From IMG/VR virus record IMGVR_UViG_3300020421_002453, positions 1-64,000 of that record: a stretch of DNA of 64,000 bases, one strand, 5' to 3'. A model generated the notes under the pieces. That model saw nothing but the letters and a program-made list of their open reading frames with translations, had not been told where the DNA came from and made no database searches. The position numbers and the translations under genes were made by a program. The stretch comes from a virus. Positions 1-8,839 of the stretch are shown in pieces; within the stretch, counting starts at the first letter, position 1, and each line of letters begins with the position of its first letter.

Positions 1-1224
1 GAAGCTACAACATTTACTACAAATGCTGCCTTATCAGCTAGGAGTACTACCGTACCAGATACTGTAGGAGATTCTGATGGTATAACTTTTAATTACATGG
101 CATCTAATGCAACTAATAAACCAACTGGAACAGACCACTCATTAATGACAATGTCCTATGGGCCCAAATGGCAAACTCAAATAGCTCAAGATTGGCGTAA
201 TGATGGTCGTTTATATATTCGTGGTCAAAATGATGGAACTTGGAGTAGTTGGCACCAAGTATATTCTGAAGATGATACTATTCCAACAAGTAATACAGCT
301 GCAAAAGTAACTTCGATAGTTGCTGGAGCTGGTATTGATGTAAATTCAGCAACAGGAGCTGTTACGGTAACAGCAGAAACTGCAGCAACAAATAATCCAG
401 GAGTTGTTGAGTTGGCAACTACTTCCGAAACCACTACAGGTACAGATGCTACAAGAGCAGTAACACCTGATGGGTTGAAAGATGGTTATCAAGGTTCAAC
501 AAATGTAACCACATTAGGTACAATCGGAACTGGTACTTGGCAAGGTTCAGCAATATCAACAACATATATTTCAAATACAAGTGGAACAAACACAGGTAAC
601 TCACAAACTACTTGGAATTATACATTAAATGGTAGTAGTGGTGCTAGTGTTTCACATGGAGAAACAGTAAACATTGATGGTGGTAATGGTATTGAATTTT
701 CAGAAAATTCAGCAAGAGATTTTGAAATAAGTTTTGCTACACCAACTACATTAAGAAATACATCACTTAAAATTGGTAGAGATGCACATAACCAAATTCA
801 TTTCAATACCGATAATATGATTAAGGTAGAGGTTAATAATGTAGAAGATGAATTTAGATTTGCATCTGGTGGTGATTTCCATGCTGATGGTGATGTTATT
901 GCTTATTCATCCACAACGGCTTCTGATAAAAAATTAAAAAAGAATATCACAAAAACAAAATATGGATTATCTGAGGTATTAAAACTACAAGGTCGTGAAT
1001 TTGATTGGAAACAAAAAGATAGAGGACATGATGTTGGGTTTATTGCACAAGAAGTACAAGAAGTAATACCTGAATTAGTTAAAGAAGTAACATCTTTAAA
1101 AGATAAAGGAACACACTTGACTGTAAATTATGAAAAATTAGTTCCTGTATTAGTAGAATCTATTAAAGAATTGAAAGAAGAAATCAACGATATTAGAAAA
1201 AAATGTGATTGTTTGAACAAATAA
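1..1224 (+). CDS. Tail fibre protein with C-terminal peptidase S74 intramolecular chaperone (5'-partial)
   Basis: Frame is open from base 1. Thr/Gly/Ser-rich, with a fibre knob-like motif (YIRGQNDGTWSSW) and the S74 signature SDKKLKKNI...GFIAQEV...VNYEKLVPVLVESIKEL followed by a coiled coil. Confidence 0.85.
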   Translation, partial: EATTFTTNAALSARSTTVPDTVGDSDGITFNYMASNATNKPTGTDHSLMTMSYGPKWQTQIAQDWRNDGRLYIRGQNDGTWSSWHQVYSEDDTIPTSNTAAKVTSIVAGAGIDVNSATGAVTVTAETAATNNPGVVELATTSETTTGTDATRAVTPDGLKDGYQGSTNVTTLGTIGTGTWQGSAISTTYISNTSGTNTGNSQTTWNYTLNGSSGASVSHGETVNIDGGNGIEFSENSARDFEISFATPTTLRNTSLKIGRDAHNQIHFNTDNMIKVEVNNVEDEFRFASGGDFHADGDVIAYSSTTASDKKLKKNITKTKYGLSEVLKLQGREFDWKQKDRGHDVGFIAQEVQEVIPELVKEVTSLKDKGTHLTVNYEKLVPVLVESIKELKEEINDIRKKCDCLNK

Positions 1225-1229
1225 GTTTA

Positions 1230-1236
1230 TATTTAT
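1230..1236 (+). promoter_or_regulatory. Putative phage late-promoter core TATTTAT (first of several copies)
   Basis: The same heptamer occurs in intergenic DNA upstream of genes at 1230, 1621, 4272, 6117, 19150, 19725, 30607, 36792 and 40985. Confidence 0.55.
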
Positions 1237-1282
1237 ATATGATAATTAAATTAAGTTATAACAACATAAAGGAGTTATTGAA

Positions 1283-1576
1283 ATGGCAAAAGAAACAACA
1301 AATGAGATAAAGTTTACAGATGAAGAACTAACATCTCTTAGTGAGTTGAGAGAAACATATCAGGCAGTTCAAAATGACTTTGGTGTACTTAAAGTACAGA
1401 AAGTTTTATTGAATCAACAACTTGAAAATCTTGAGAAATCAGAAGGACAAGTTGAAACTAAGTATGTGGAAACCCAACAAGCCGAACAAGAACTTGTGAA
1501 ATCTCTTAATGAGAAGTATGGGCCAGGTAATCTTGACCCACAGACTGGAGTTTTCACACCAGTTAGTACAGATTAA
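1283..1576 (+). CDS. Hypothetical coiled-coil phage protein
   Basis: AAGGAG RBS; heptad-rich 97-aa ORF ending KYGPGNLDPQTGVFTP. Confidence 0.7.
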   Translation: MAKETTNEIKFTDEELTSLSELRETYQAVQNDFGVLKVQKVLLNQQLENLEKSEGQVETKYVETQQAEQELVKSLNEKYGPGNLDPQTGVFTPVSTD

Positions 1577-1691
1577 TAAAAAAAATGACCTATCCCATGT
1601 ATTTTGGGAAATGTAAATGATATTTATTACTCGAAGTATATCGTTCCGATATATAAGGAATTAATAACATTAGTTAATTAGGAGAATAACT

Positions 1692-4031
1692 ATGGCTGAA
1701 AGAATAGTAAGTCCTGGAGTTTTTACAAGGGAAAAAGACTTATCTTTCTTACCACAAGGTATAGCTGAAATTGGAGCAGCAATTATCGGTCCAACTAAAA
1801 AAGGACCGGCATTTGTTCCTACTCAAGTAACAAGTTTTGCTGAGTTTCAAAATATCTTTGGTGAGTTAGATACTCGTTTTTATGTACCTTATACAGTACA
1901 GGAATACATTAAAAATGCACCGACAGTAACAATTGTTCGTGTATTAGGTTTAGGTGGATATCAGTCAAGTACAGTTAGATTAGAAGTATCAGCTTCAGCA
2001 GGGAATGTTTATAAAACTGTTGCAGTTTTAAAACCATCAAGAAAATCACCAACATTAGATTTAGGCGGACCAACATCTGCTTCTGTCGATGCTAGTGCTG
2101 ATTGGAATGCTACTGAACTAACGATTGGTACTAATAGTGCGATTACCGTATCTTTTGATACAGGTTCTGCAAACTATATTACCAAAGTATTTGGAACAGA
2201 CCCACAGACCACAAATCATGATGTATATGTTTACAATCAATACAAACATACAACATCAACATCAGGTTTTTCTGCTACAAATGATGTGAGAATAGTAAGT
2301 GCATCGAGTGGTGAAGATTTTACACACGATTATGCAGTTGCTACAACACCTTACATTGTATCTCAGTTAAGTGCTGGAAGTAGAAAAAACCTATTTAAAG
2401 TTAATACTCGTTCACATGGAACAAATGTAAACGATGATTTCAAAATCGCTATTGCAGATTTAACTGCAGCTGGTTCAGTACCAGGTAGTGATTATGGTTC
2501 ATTTGCATTAAGAGTATTAAGAAACAATCCTGGTGAAAACAACGATGGTGAAGTTCTTGAAGAATTTCCAAATCTGAACTTTGACCCAGATTCAATAAAT
2601 TTTGCACCAAGAGCAATTGGTGATAGATATGTAACAATCGATACGGAAGGCAAACTTACCTACAATGGTGATTGGCCAAACAAATCTGTTCATGTTTATC
2701 TAAGTGATTATGAAGCAAATCTTGAGGGAATAGATGAATCTCTAATTCCACATGGTTTCGCAGCAGCATCTAATCCAATTCTTGGAACAACATCCGTACC
2801 AAGTGGTTCATTCAAGACGGGACAAACTACAACAAATGGTGTGTTTGACCAGAATGTATACTATGGTTGGGATTTCACAAACGAAGATAACAAACAATAT
2901 CTTGCTCCATTACCTGCAAGTTCAGGTACTGGTAATAATGCTGTATTCTCACTTGAGAATATGGATGGACATGCTGATGCAAGTTCAATAGGAGCTGATA
3001 CATACTCAGATGCTTCTGAGAAAATCACTCTTGCATTATCAGCAAAAGCACAGAGAAAGTTTGTTGTACCATTTCAAGGTGGATTCGATGGTGATAATCC
3101 AACAACCTTAAAGGCTACTGGTACTAATATTGCGGCAAACAATACTCAAGGATTCGATTGTAGTGGAGCTAACGCTAGTGGTTCTGTTGCTTTCAAGAGA
3201 GCTATTAATGCTATCTCAAATCCTGATGAGTTTGATATAAACTTATTAGTAACACCTGGTATTATACATGAGTACCATAATTCAGTTACGAATCATGCTA
3301 TCAGTAAAGTTGAAGCTAGAGCAGATGCTTTCTATGTAATGGATGGTTCAAGATGGGGTAGAAGTGTAACGAATACTATTTCAGATATTCAAACACTTGA
3401 TACCAATTATGCGGCTGTATATTATCCCTGGGTTAAAGTACTTGATTCAGTTAAAAATAAACCAATGTGGGTTCCACCATCAGTTGTGTTACCTGGCGTG
3501 ATTAGTTTCACAGACCAAGTAGCTCATGAGTGGTTCGCACCAGCTGGTTTAAATCGTGGTGGATTAAGTTCTGTGTTAGAAGCAAAAACAAGATTAACTC
3601 ATACTGAAAGAGATGACCTCTATGAAGCAAGAGTTAATCCAATTGCATCTTTCCCTGGACAAGGTGTTGTTGTCTTTGGACAAAAAACACTTCAAGGAAA
3701 ACCATCTGCACTTGATAGAATCAATGTAAGAAGACTATTAATTAGACTTCGTAAGTTCATTGCAAGTTCTTCAAGATACTTGGTATTCGAACAAAACACT
3801 GCTGCTACTCGTAACAGATTCTTAGGAATAGTTAATCCATTCTTAGAATCAGTACAATCGAATAGTGGTTTAAGTGCATTTAAAGTAGTAATGGATGATT
3901 CAAACAACACACCAGATGTTGTTGATAGAAATCAGTTAGTAGGACAGATATTTATCCAACCTACAAGAACTGCTGAGTTCATTGTACTTGACTTCGTAAT
4001 ACAACCAACAGGAGCAGCATTTCCTGAATAA
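1692..4031 (+). CDS. Contractile tail sheath protein (gp18-like)
   Basis: N-terminal SPGVFTREKDLS; C-terminal WFAPAGLNRG, GQKTLQ, DRINVRRL and PTRTAEFI sheath motifs. Confidence 0.96.
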   Translation: MAERIVSPGVFTREKDLSFLPQGIAEIGAAIIGPTKKGPAFVPTQVTSFAEFQNIFGELDTRFYVPYTVQEYIKNAPTVTIVRVLGLGGYQSSTVRLEVSASAGNVYKTVAVLKPSRKSPTLDLGGPTSASVDASADWNATELTIGTNSAITVSFDTGSANYITKVFGTDPQTTNHDVYVYNQYKHTTSTSGFSATNDVRIVSASSGEDFTHDYAVATTPYIVSQLSAGSRKNLFKVNTRSHGTNVNDDFKIAIADLTAAGSVPGSDYGSFALRVLRNNPGENNDGEVLEEFPNLNFDPDSINFAPRAIGDRYVTIDTEGKLTYNGDWPNKSVHVYLSDYEANLEGIDESLIPHGFAAASNPILGTTSVPSGSFKTGQTTTNGVFDQNVYYGWDFTNEDNKQYLAPLPASSGTGNNAVFSLENMDGHADASSIGADTYSDASEKITLALSAKAQRKFVVPFQGGFDGDNPTTLKATGTNIAANNTQGFDCSGANASGSVAFKRAINAISNPDEFDINLLVTPGIIHEYHNSVTNHAISKVEARADAFYVMDGSRWGRSVTNTISDIQTLDTNYAAVYYPWVKVLDSVKNKPMWVPPSVVLPGVISFTDQVAHEWFAPAGLNRGGLSSVLEAKTRLTHTERDDLYEARVNPIASFPGQGVVVFGQKTLQGKPSALDRINVRRLLIRLRKFIASSSRYLVFEQNTAATRNRFLGIVNPFLESVQSNSGLSAFKVVMDDSNNTPDVVDRNQLVGQIFIQPTRTAEFIVLDFVIQPTGAAFPE

Positions 4032-4057
4032 GTTTAATTTATAATTTGACTTATAAT

Positions 4058-4090
4058 AAAAAACCCCAGACAATTTGTTTGGGGTTTTTT
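4058..4090. terminator. Bidirectional intrinsic terminator after the sheath gene
   Basis: AAAAAACCCCAGACAA-T-TTGTTTGGGGTTTTTT: GC stem with an A-tract on one side and a T-tract on the other. Confidence 0.85.
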
Positions 4091-4150
4091 GTTTTTAGGA
4101 GGTAACTATGATAATTAATTCATTATAAGTCCTTTTTCTTATTTATCTTA
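4058..4150 (-). ncRNA. Candidate ~90-nt antisense sRNA carrying an anti-SD/anti-AUG seed
   Basis: Bounded by a minus-strand sigma70-type promoter and the bidirectional terminator. Contains CAUAGUUACCUCCUAA; its only SD-led ORF is ATG-AAT-TAA. Confidence 0.45.
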
Positions 4151-4156
4151 TATCTA

Positions 4157-4197
4157 AATATAACACTAAAACACTATACAAGTCAAGTCTTTTTTTT
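4157..4197 (-). promoter_or_regulatory. Sigma70-type (early) promoter on the minus strand
   Basis: Reverse complement reads AAAAAAAGAC-TTGACT-18 nt-TATATT with an extended TG. Nearly identical to the + strand promoter at 44034-44072. Confidence 0.7.
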
Positions 4198-4323
4198 AAA
4201 AACTTCTAAAAAACTTCTAAGAAGTAGGTAAAAAAGATACCTATGTAGATTCATTTTTTTTCAAAAATTGATATTTATTAATGTATTGAAAAGAGTAACG
4301 GCAAACTTAATAGGAGAAACATA

Positions 4324-4815
4324 ATGGCCGATATATTAACAACAGACGAAATATTTTTCACACCGTTTGAACCTAAAACGAAAAATCGTTTTGTGATGTA
4401 CATTGACGGAATACCATCATATTTTGTAAAAACTGCAAATAGACCTAATATTACATTTGAAGAGATTGAATTAAATCACATCAATGTTAAAAGATACCTA
4501 AAAGGTAAAGGAACTTGGGAAACATTAGAAATAACTTTATACGACCCTATTGTACCATCAGGTGCTCAGGCAGTAATGGAATGGGTAAGATTACACCACG
4601 AATCAGTAACAGGTCGTGATGGATACTCAGACTTCTACAAGAAAGAAATTACATTTAATATGTTAGGGCCAGTTGGTGATAAAGTTGAAGAGTGGATATT
4701 AAAAGGTGCATTTATTCAATCAGCAAATTTCAATGATTTAGATTTTGCTAATGGAACAGATGTTGCTGATATCACTTTAACACTTCGTTACGATTACGCA
4801 ATACTTTCATACTAA
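4324..4815 (+). CDS. Tail tube protein (gp19-like)
   Basis: Follows the sheath; contains FEPKTKNRF, W..LEITLYDPI, EEWILKGAF and ITLTLRYDYA tube motifs. Confidence 0.92.
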   Translation: MADILTTDEIFFTPFEPKTKNRFVMYIDGIPSYFVKTANRPNITFEEIELNHINVKRYLKGKGTWETLEITLYDPIVPSGAQAVMEWVRLHHESVTGRDGYSDFYKKEITFNMLGPVGDKVEEWILKGAFIQSANFNDLDFANGTDVADITLTLRYDYAILSY

Positions 4816-4854
4816 TAGTTCAATAACAGATTCTTAGGAATCACAGGAGGAGAC

Positions 4855-5082
4855 ATGAGCATGTGGGAAATTTTCAAAGATGACAATGAGTACAATGAGA
4901 AATCAATAATTGGTTTCGGTGCATTCACAATAATGGTTATTTTTGCAGGTGCAGATGTTGTTACTGGTATCATGGGTAAAGATTTAGTTATCAATGATGT
5001 AGTATACAATTCATTCCTATTCACTACTTTAGGTAGTTTCGGTATAGCTGGAGCAGAAAAGGTGTTGGGAAATAAAAAATAA
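4855..5082 (+). CDS. Small two-transmembrane protein (holin-like)
   Basis: GGAGG RBS; two hydrophobic segments and a basic C-terminus. Confidence 0.55.
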   Translation: MSMWEIFKDDNEYNEKSIIGFGAFTIMVIFAGADVVTGIMGKDLVINDVVYNSFLFTTLGSFGIAGAEKVLGNKK

Positions 5083-5157
5083 AATAAATTCGTTTTTACG
5101 AAAGTTACAACATAGTTATATACATATGGTTTTAAATTCAATTCATAGGAGAAAATA

Positions 5158-5934
5158 ATGGCTGATAACCAATACGCTTTCCCTACTGAAACACTATCTT
5201 TACCATCAAAGGGATTACTATATCCTGAAGATAGTCCATTAAGTAGTGGAACAATCGATGTCAAATATATGACAGCAAAAGAAGAAGACATTTTAACATC
5301 AACAAATCTAATCGAAAGAGGTACGGTGATTGATAAACTTTTAGAAAGTGTAATCGCAGACCCTAAAGTTAAGATAGATGATTTATTGATTGGTGATAAG
5401 AATGCTCTGATGTTAGGTGCGAGAGTGTTAGGATACGGAAAGAATTATGTAGTAAACATAACCGACCCTGATACATCGTTAGAGGTTGAACACACATTCG
5501 ACTTATCTGCCTTAAAGACTACGAAATTTGATGAAAAATTATTCAAATCAGGTAAGAATGAATTTGAATATACATTACCAAACACTAAACGAGTAATAAA
5601 GTTTAAACTATTAACTCATAAAGATGAGAGAGAAATAGATACAGAGTTAAAGGCACTTAAGAAACTTACAGAAGTTACTGGTGTTTCTAATGAATTAACC
5701 ACAAGGTTAAAGAAACAGATTATTGCTATCGATGGTGAAACTGATAGAAAAAAGATTGAACAATTTATCAACAATCAATTTCTTGCTCTTGATTCAAAAG
5801 AGTTCAGAAAGTATTATGATAGTCTTTCACCTGATATCGATTTTAGTGTTGAGTATACAAGTCAAATAGGAGAGCCCCATACGGTAGACATACCAATAGG
5901 GGTTAGGTTTTTTTGGCCTGACGCCAGAATATAA
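5158..5934 (+). CDS. Baseplate hub/tail assembly chaperone (gp26-like)
   Basis: LPSKGLLYP and MTAKEEDIL motifs, ends ...FFWP; lies between tube and tape measure genes. Confidence 0.8.
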   Translation: MADNQYAFPTETLSLPSKGLLYPEDSPLSSGTIDVKYMTAKEEDILTSTNLIERGTVIDKLLESVIADPKVKIDDLLIGDKNALMLGARVLGYGKNYVVNITDPDTSLEVEHTFDLSALKTTKFDEKLFKSGKNEFEYTLPNTKRVIKFKLLTHKDEREIDTELKALKKLTEVTGVSNELTTRLKKQIIAIDGETDRKKIEQFINNQFLALDSKEFRKYYDSLSPDIDFSVEYTSQIGEPHTVDIPIGVRFFWPDARI

Positions 5935-6100
5935 AAAAATTCTGCACGAGGAAATATTCAGTTTAATTAATTACGGAAATGGGTTTACTTTTTCCGATGC
6001 ATATTCTTTGCCAGTTCATTTGAGAAGATTCTATCTCAAACAATTAATCGATGCCAAGAAAAAAGAAAATGAGCGAATAGATAAGGCTCAAAAGAAATAA
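5915..6100 (+). CDS. gp51-like/tail chaperone extension, probably reached by a +1 frameshift from the upstream gene
   Basis: 61 codons (GLTPEYKKILHEEIFSLINYGNGFTFSDAYSLPVHLRRFYLKQL...) with no in-frame ATG, starting right after the T7 run at 5908-5914. Confidence 0.65.
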   Translation, partial: GLTPEYKKILHEEIFSLINYGNGFTFSDAYSLPVHLRRFYLKQLIDAKKKENERIDKAQKK

Positions 6101-6157
6101 AAATCTTAAAACTTGATATTTATTAATGATTAAGAAAGTCTATTCAGGAGTTTAAAA

Positions 6158-6364
6158 ATGGCAAAAAGAAAAATAACAGTTGAGGGTTTCTTTGATAAAA
6201 TAAGAAAACACCTACAAAAGAACCTTGATGATAGGTTAGCTAAAGAGTTAGATGACATATTAGATAATCCATCAAAAGATGTTCGTAAAGCCGCAGTTCA
6301 AGCCACAAAGGCAACTATTGAACTAAATAAAGCTATCGAAAGATATAAAAAATCACAAAAATAG
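6158..6364 (+). CDS. Hypothetical small protein
   Basis: AGGAG RBS and an upstream TATTTAT motif; 68 aa, predicted helical. Confidence 0.65.
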   Translation: MAKRKITVEGFFDKIRKHLQKNLDDRLAKELDDILDNPSKDVRKAAVQATKATIELNKAIERYKKSQK

Positions 6365-6411
6365 TATAATAAAAAGTGTTACATTTAATTTCATAAAGTA
6401 TGGATAACTAA

Positions 6412-8829
6412 ATGGCCGTGAACCTAAACGATATAAAGAAAGCTGCAAAAGCTCGTACTCAAGCATTTCAACAAGAAATGTCCGAAATCGAGAAGGTCAA
6501 ACTTGTCCGAAATCAAATAAAAGATATAGATAAAGAAATTGCTGCATTGGCAGTGGAGTATAATGGAGCAGTTGGTAAGGCTAAAGAAAAGGCATATGAA
6601 GCACTTAAGGCCAGAAAGAAAGAAAAGAGTGAGATAAAAGATACTATTACTATGTTATCTGATGAGGCAGAAACTTACGATACTATTACTAAGAGAATGG
6701 ATAAGATGAGTAAATCATCTCGTGATATTTTAGGATTTAGTGAAAAGAGAAGCTCGATAGAATTTGCGGCAGGTGAGGCCGCTAAGAAAGCAGCTCAAGG
6801 TAATGAAAAAGTTGCTGAGGTGATGAATGATATAATAGGAATTCAATTAGATTCATTAGATATATCATCACACAAAAATTTATTAGCTTATGATGAAGAT
6901 GCCGCTTTAGAAGCCATTCGTAATACAAGACAAGAAATAGCTATCTTAGAAGAAGATGGTGTTAAGGCTAATGAAGAAGAATTAAAGTTATTAAACGACC
7001 AAGTTAAGGCGGCTGAGAAATATGTTGATGTTGCTGGACAACTTTCTAAAGAAGCAAAAGAACAGAAAAATGCTTTCGATAAATTACACGAAAATAGTAT
7101 GGCCTTTGTAGACCAATTAGAGGGTGGAGTAGCAGCGGGTAAGGCTATGATAAAAGAATTAATCAAAAATCCATTAATGGCAATGGTTGCGGCAGCCGCA
7201 GCTCTTGGTAAAGCTATGGTGATGATTGCTGAACAATCAGCGGAGTTCAGAGATAATGTGGGATTATCTATAACACAATCTCAAAAGTTAGTACAGACTA
7301 TGAAGTTGGCTACACTTGAATCTAAATTATTAGGATATAATTTGGCGACTGGTGCTGGTGCACTTGTAGACCAATTTGGTAATTTAGACCAAGTAAGTTC
7401 AAAGAATTTAAAAACATTCGGTAGAATGGAAAAGATATTAGGAGTATCACAAGAGAGTTCAGCTACTTTATTCATGTCATTACAGAAAGTAGGTGGTGCA
7501 AGTGAAGAGGGTGCCATGGCACAGATGGCAAGTTTAAAAGCTTTAGGTGAGGCCAACAATATACCAATAGGTAAGTTGTTTGACGATATGGCTTCATCAT
7601 CAGAAGAGATTGCGGCATTCGGTGGAACTAATTTAACCAATATGAAACGAGCAGCAGTTGAAGCTCGTAGAATGGGAGTTAATTTAGGAACCACAATGAA
7701 GATTGCTGATTCCTTATTAGATTTTGAATCTTCTATCACAAACGAGATGGAAGCTTCTATGTTGATTGGTAAACAATTAAACTTCAACAATGCTAGAAGA
7801 TTAGCTCTTGAGGGTGATGTTGCAGGTGCCGCTAGAGATGTGGTGAAACAAATCGGTGGACAGGCTGAATTTAATAAATTAAATGTAATACAAAGAAGAA
7901 AACTTGCTGAATCAATTGGTGTATCAGTAGATGAATTAAGTAAGTTGGCTAGTGGTAAAGTTGAATTTAAACAACCAAAAGACCCTAATGCTCCATTGAT
8001 ATCTTCAAATGAAATGATAAGAGTTGCTATAGAAAAATTAATAATTGCAATGGGAGTTCTTGGTACAGCATTTCTTACATATGCCGTATTATCAAAATTT
8101 AATTTAGGTGGAAAGTTATTAGCTAAGTTAGGAATGGGTGGTGCAAAAGTTGGTGCTACAGCTATGAAAGGTGCTGGAGTAGCAGGTGATGTTGTTAAGG
8201 CTGGTAGTAAAATAGTCACTAAGGCTCCAGCAGGTGGAATGAAAGTTGCTGGTAAGTTTTACAAAGGTGGACAATTCATACCAAAGGCCGCTGCCGCAAC
8301 CGCCAAAACGGTTGATGTGGCAACTGATGTGGCTAAGACTGGTAGTAAAACCGCTGGTAAGGCGGCAGCCAAAACATTAGGAAAATCAGCAATTAAAAAG
8401 ATACCACTTCTTGGATTATTAGCAAGTGGAGTATTTGCCGCTGGTAGAGCTATGAAAGGGGATTTTGCTGGGGCTGGATTAGAACTTGCAAGTGGAGGTG
8501 CAAGTTTGTTACCAGGAGCTGGAACAGCCGCTTCGGTAGGAATAGATGCATTATTATTAGCTAGAGATTTAAAAAGTAAAGATACTGTAAAAGAACAAAG
8601 TGCTGAGATAAATGATTTACAATCACAATTAGACCAACAGGCTGAGATAAGTAATGCTGCATCTCAGATGGATGCTGAAACATCATTGTTTATGGAAATG
8701 TTGAAACAACAAGGATTAAGTGCTGAGGCTCAGAAAGAGTACAATGCAAAATCATTAGATTTATTACAAGAAGTAATTAACGAAGAAAAGGCTACAAGGA
8801 AGGCAGTAAACGAACTACCAGATGGTTAA
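6412..8829 (+). CDS. Tail tape measure protein
   Basis: 805 aa, Ala/Lys/Glu-rich coiled coils, hydrophobic segments and a Gly/Ala-rich C-terminal region (KKIPLLG); follows the chaperone genes. Confidence 0.8.
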   Translation: MAVNLNDIKKAAKARTQAFQQEMSEIEKVKLVRNQIKDIDKEIAALAVEYNGAVGKAKEKAYEALKARKKEKSEIKDTITMLSDEAETYDTITKRMDKMSKSSRDILGFSEKRSSIEFAAGEAAKKAAQGNEKVAEVMNDIIGIQLDSLDISSHKNLLAYDEDAALEAIRNTRQEIAILEEDGVKANEEELKLLNDQVKAAEKYVDVAGQLSKEAKEQKNAFDKLHENSMAFVDQLEGGVAAGKAMIKELIKNPLMAMVAAAAALGKAMVMIAEQSAEFRDNVGLSITQSQKLVQTMKLATLESKLLGYNLATGAGALVDQFGNLDQVSSKNLKTFGRMEKILGVSQESSATLFMSLQKVGGASEEGAMAQMASLKALGEANNIPIGKLFDDMASSSEEIAAFGGTNLTNMKRAAVEARRMGVNLGTTMKIADSLLDFESSITNEMEASMLIGKQLNFNNARRLALEGDVAGAARDVVKQIGGQAEFNKLNVIQRRKLAESIGVSVDELSKLASGKVEFKQPKDPNAPLISSNEMIRVAIEKLIIAMGVLGTAFLTYAVLSKFNLGGKLLAKLGMGGAKVGATAMKGAGVAGDVVKAGSKIVTKAPAGGMKVAGKFYKGGQFIPKAAAATAKTVDVATDVAKTGSKTAGKAAAKTLGKSAIKKIPLLGLLASGVFAAGRAMKGDFAGAGLELASGGASLLPGAGTAASVGIDALLLARDLKSKDTVKEQSAEINDLQSQLDQQAEISNAASQMDAETSLFMEMLKQQGLSAEAQKEYNAKSLDLLQEVINEEKATRKAVNELPDG

Positions 8830-8839
8830 GGGATAGATT

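Noticed and set aside
4108-4128. Protein-coding minigene MIINSL behind a perfect AGGAGG
   Set aside because: Only six codons and directly downstream of a terminator. Better explained as the complement of the sRNA seed or a gene remnant, so not listed as a CDS.
7281-8219. 312-aa minus-strand ORF and the other minus-strand ORFs in the track
   Set aside because: They are antisense shadows of well-supported + strand genes, arising from codon bias, and have no recognisable motifs.
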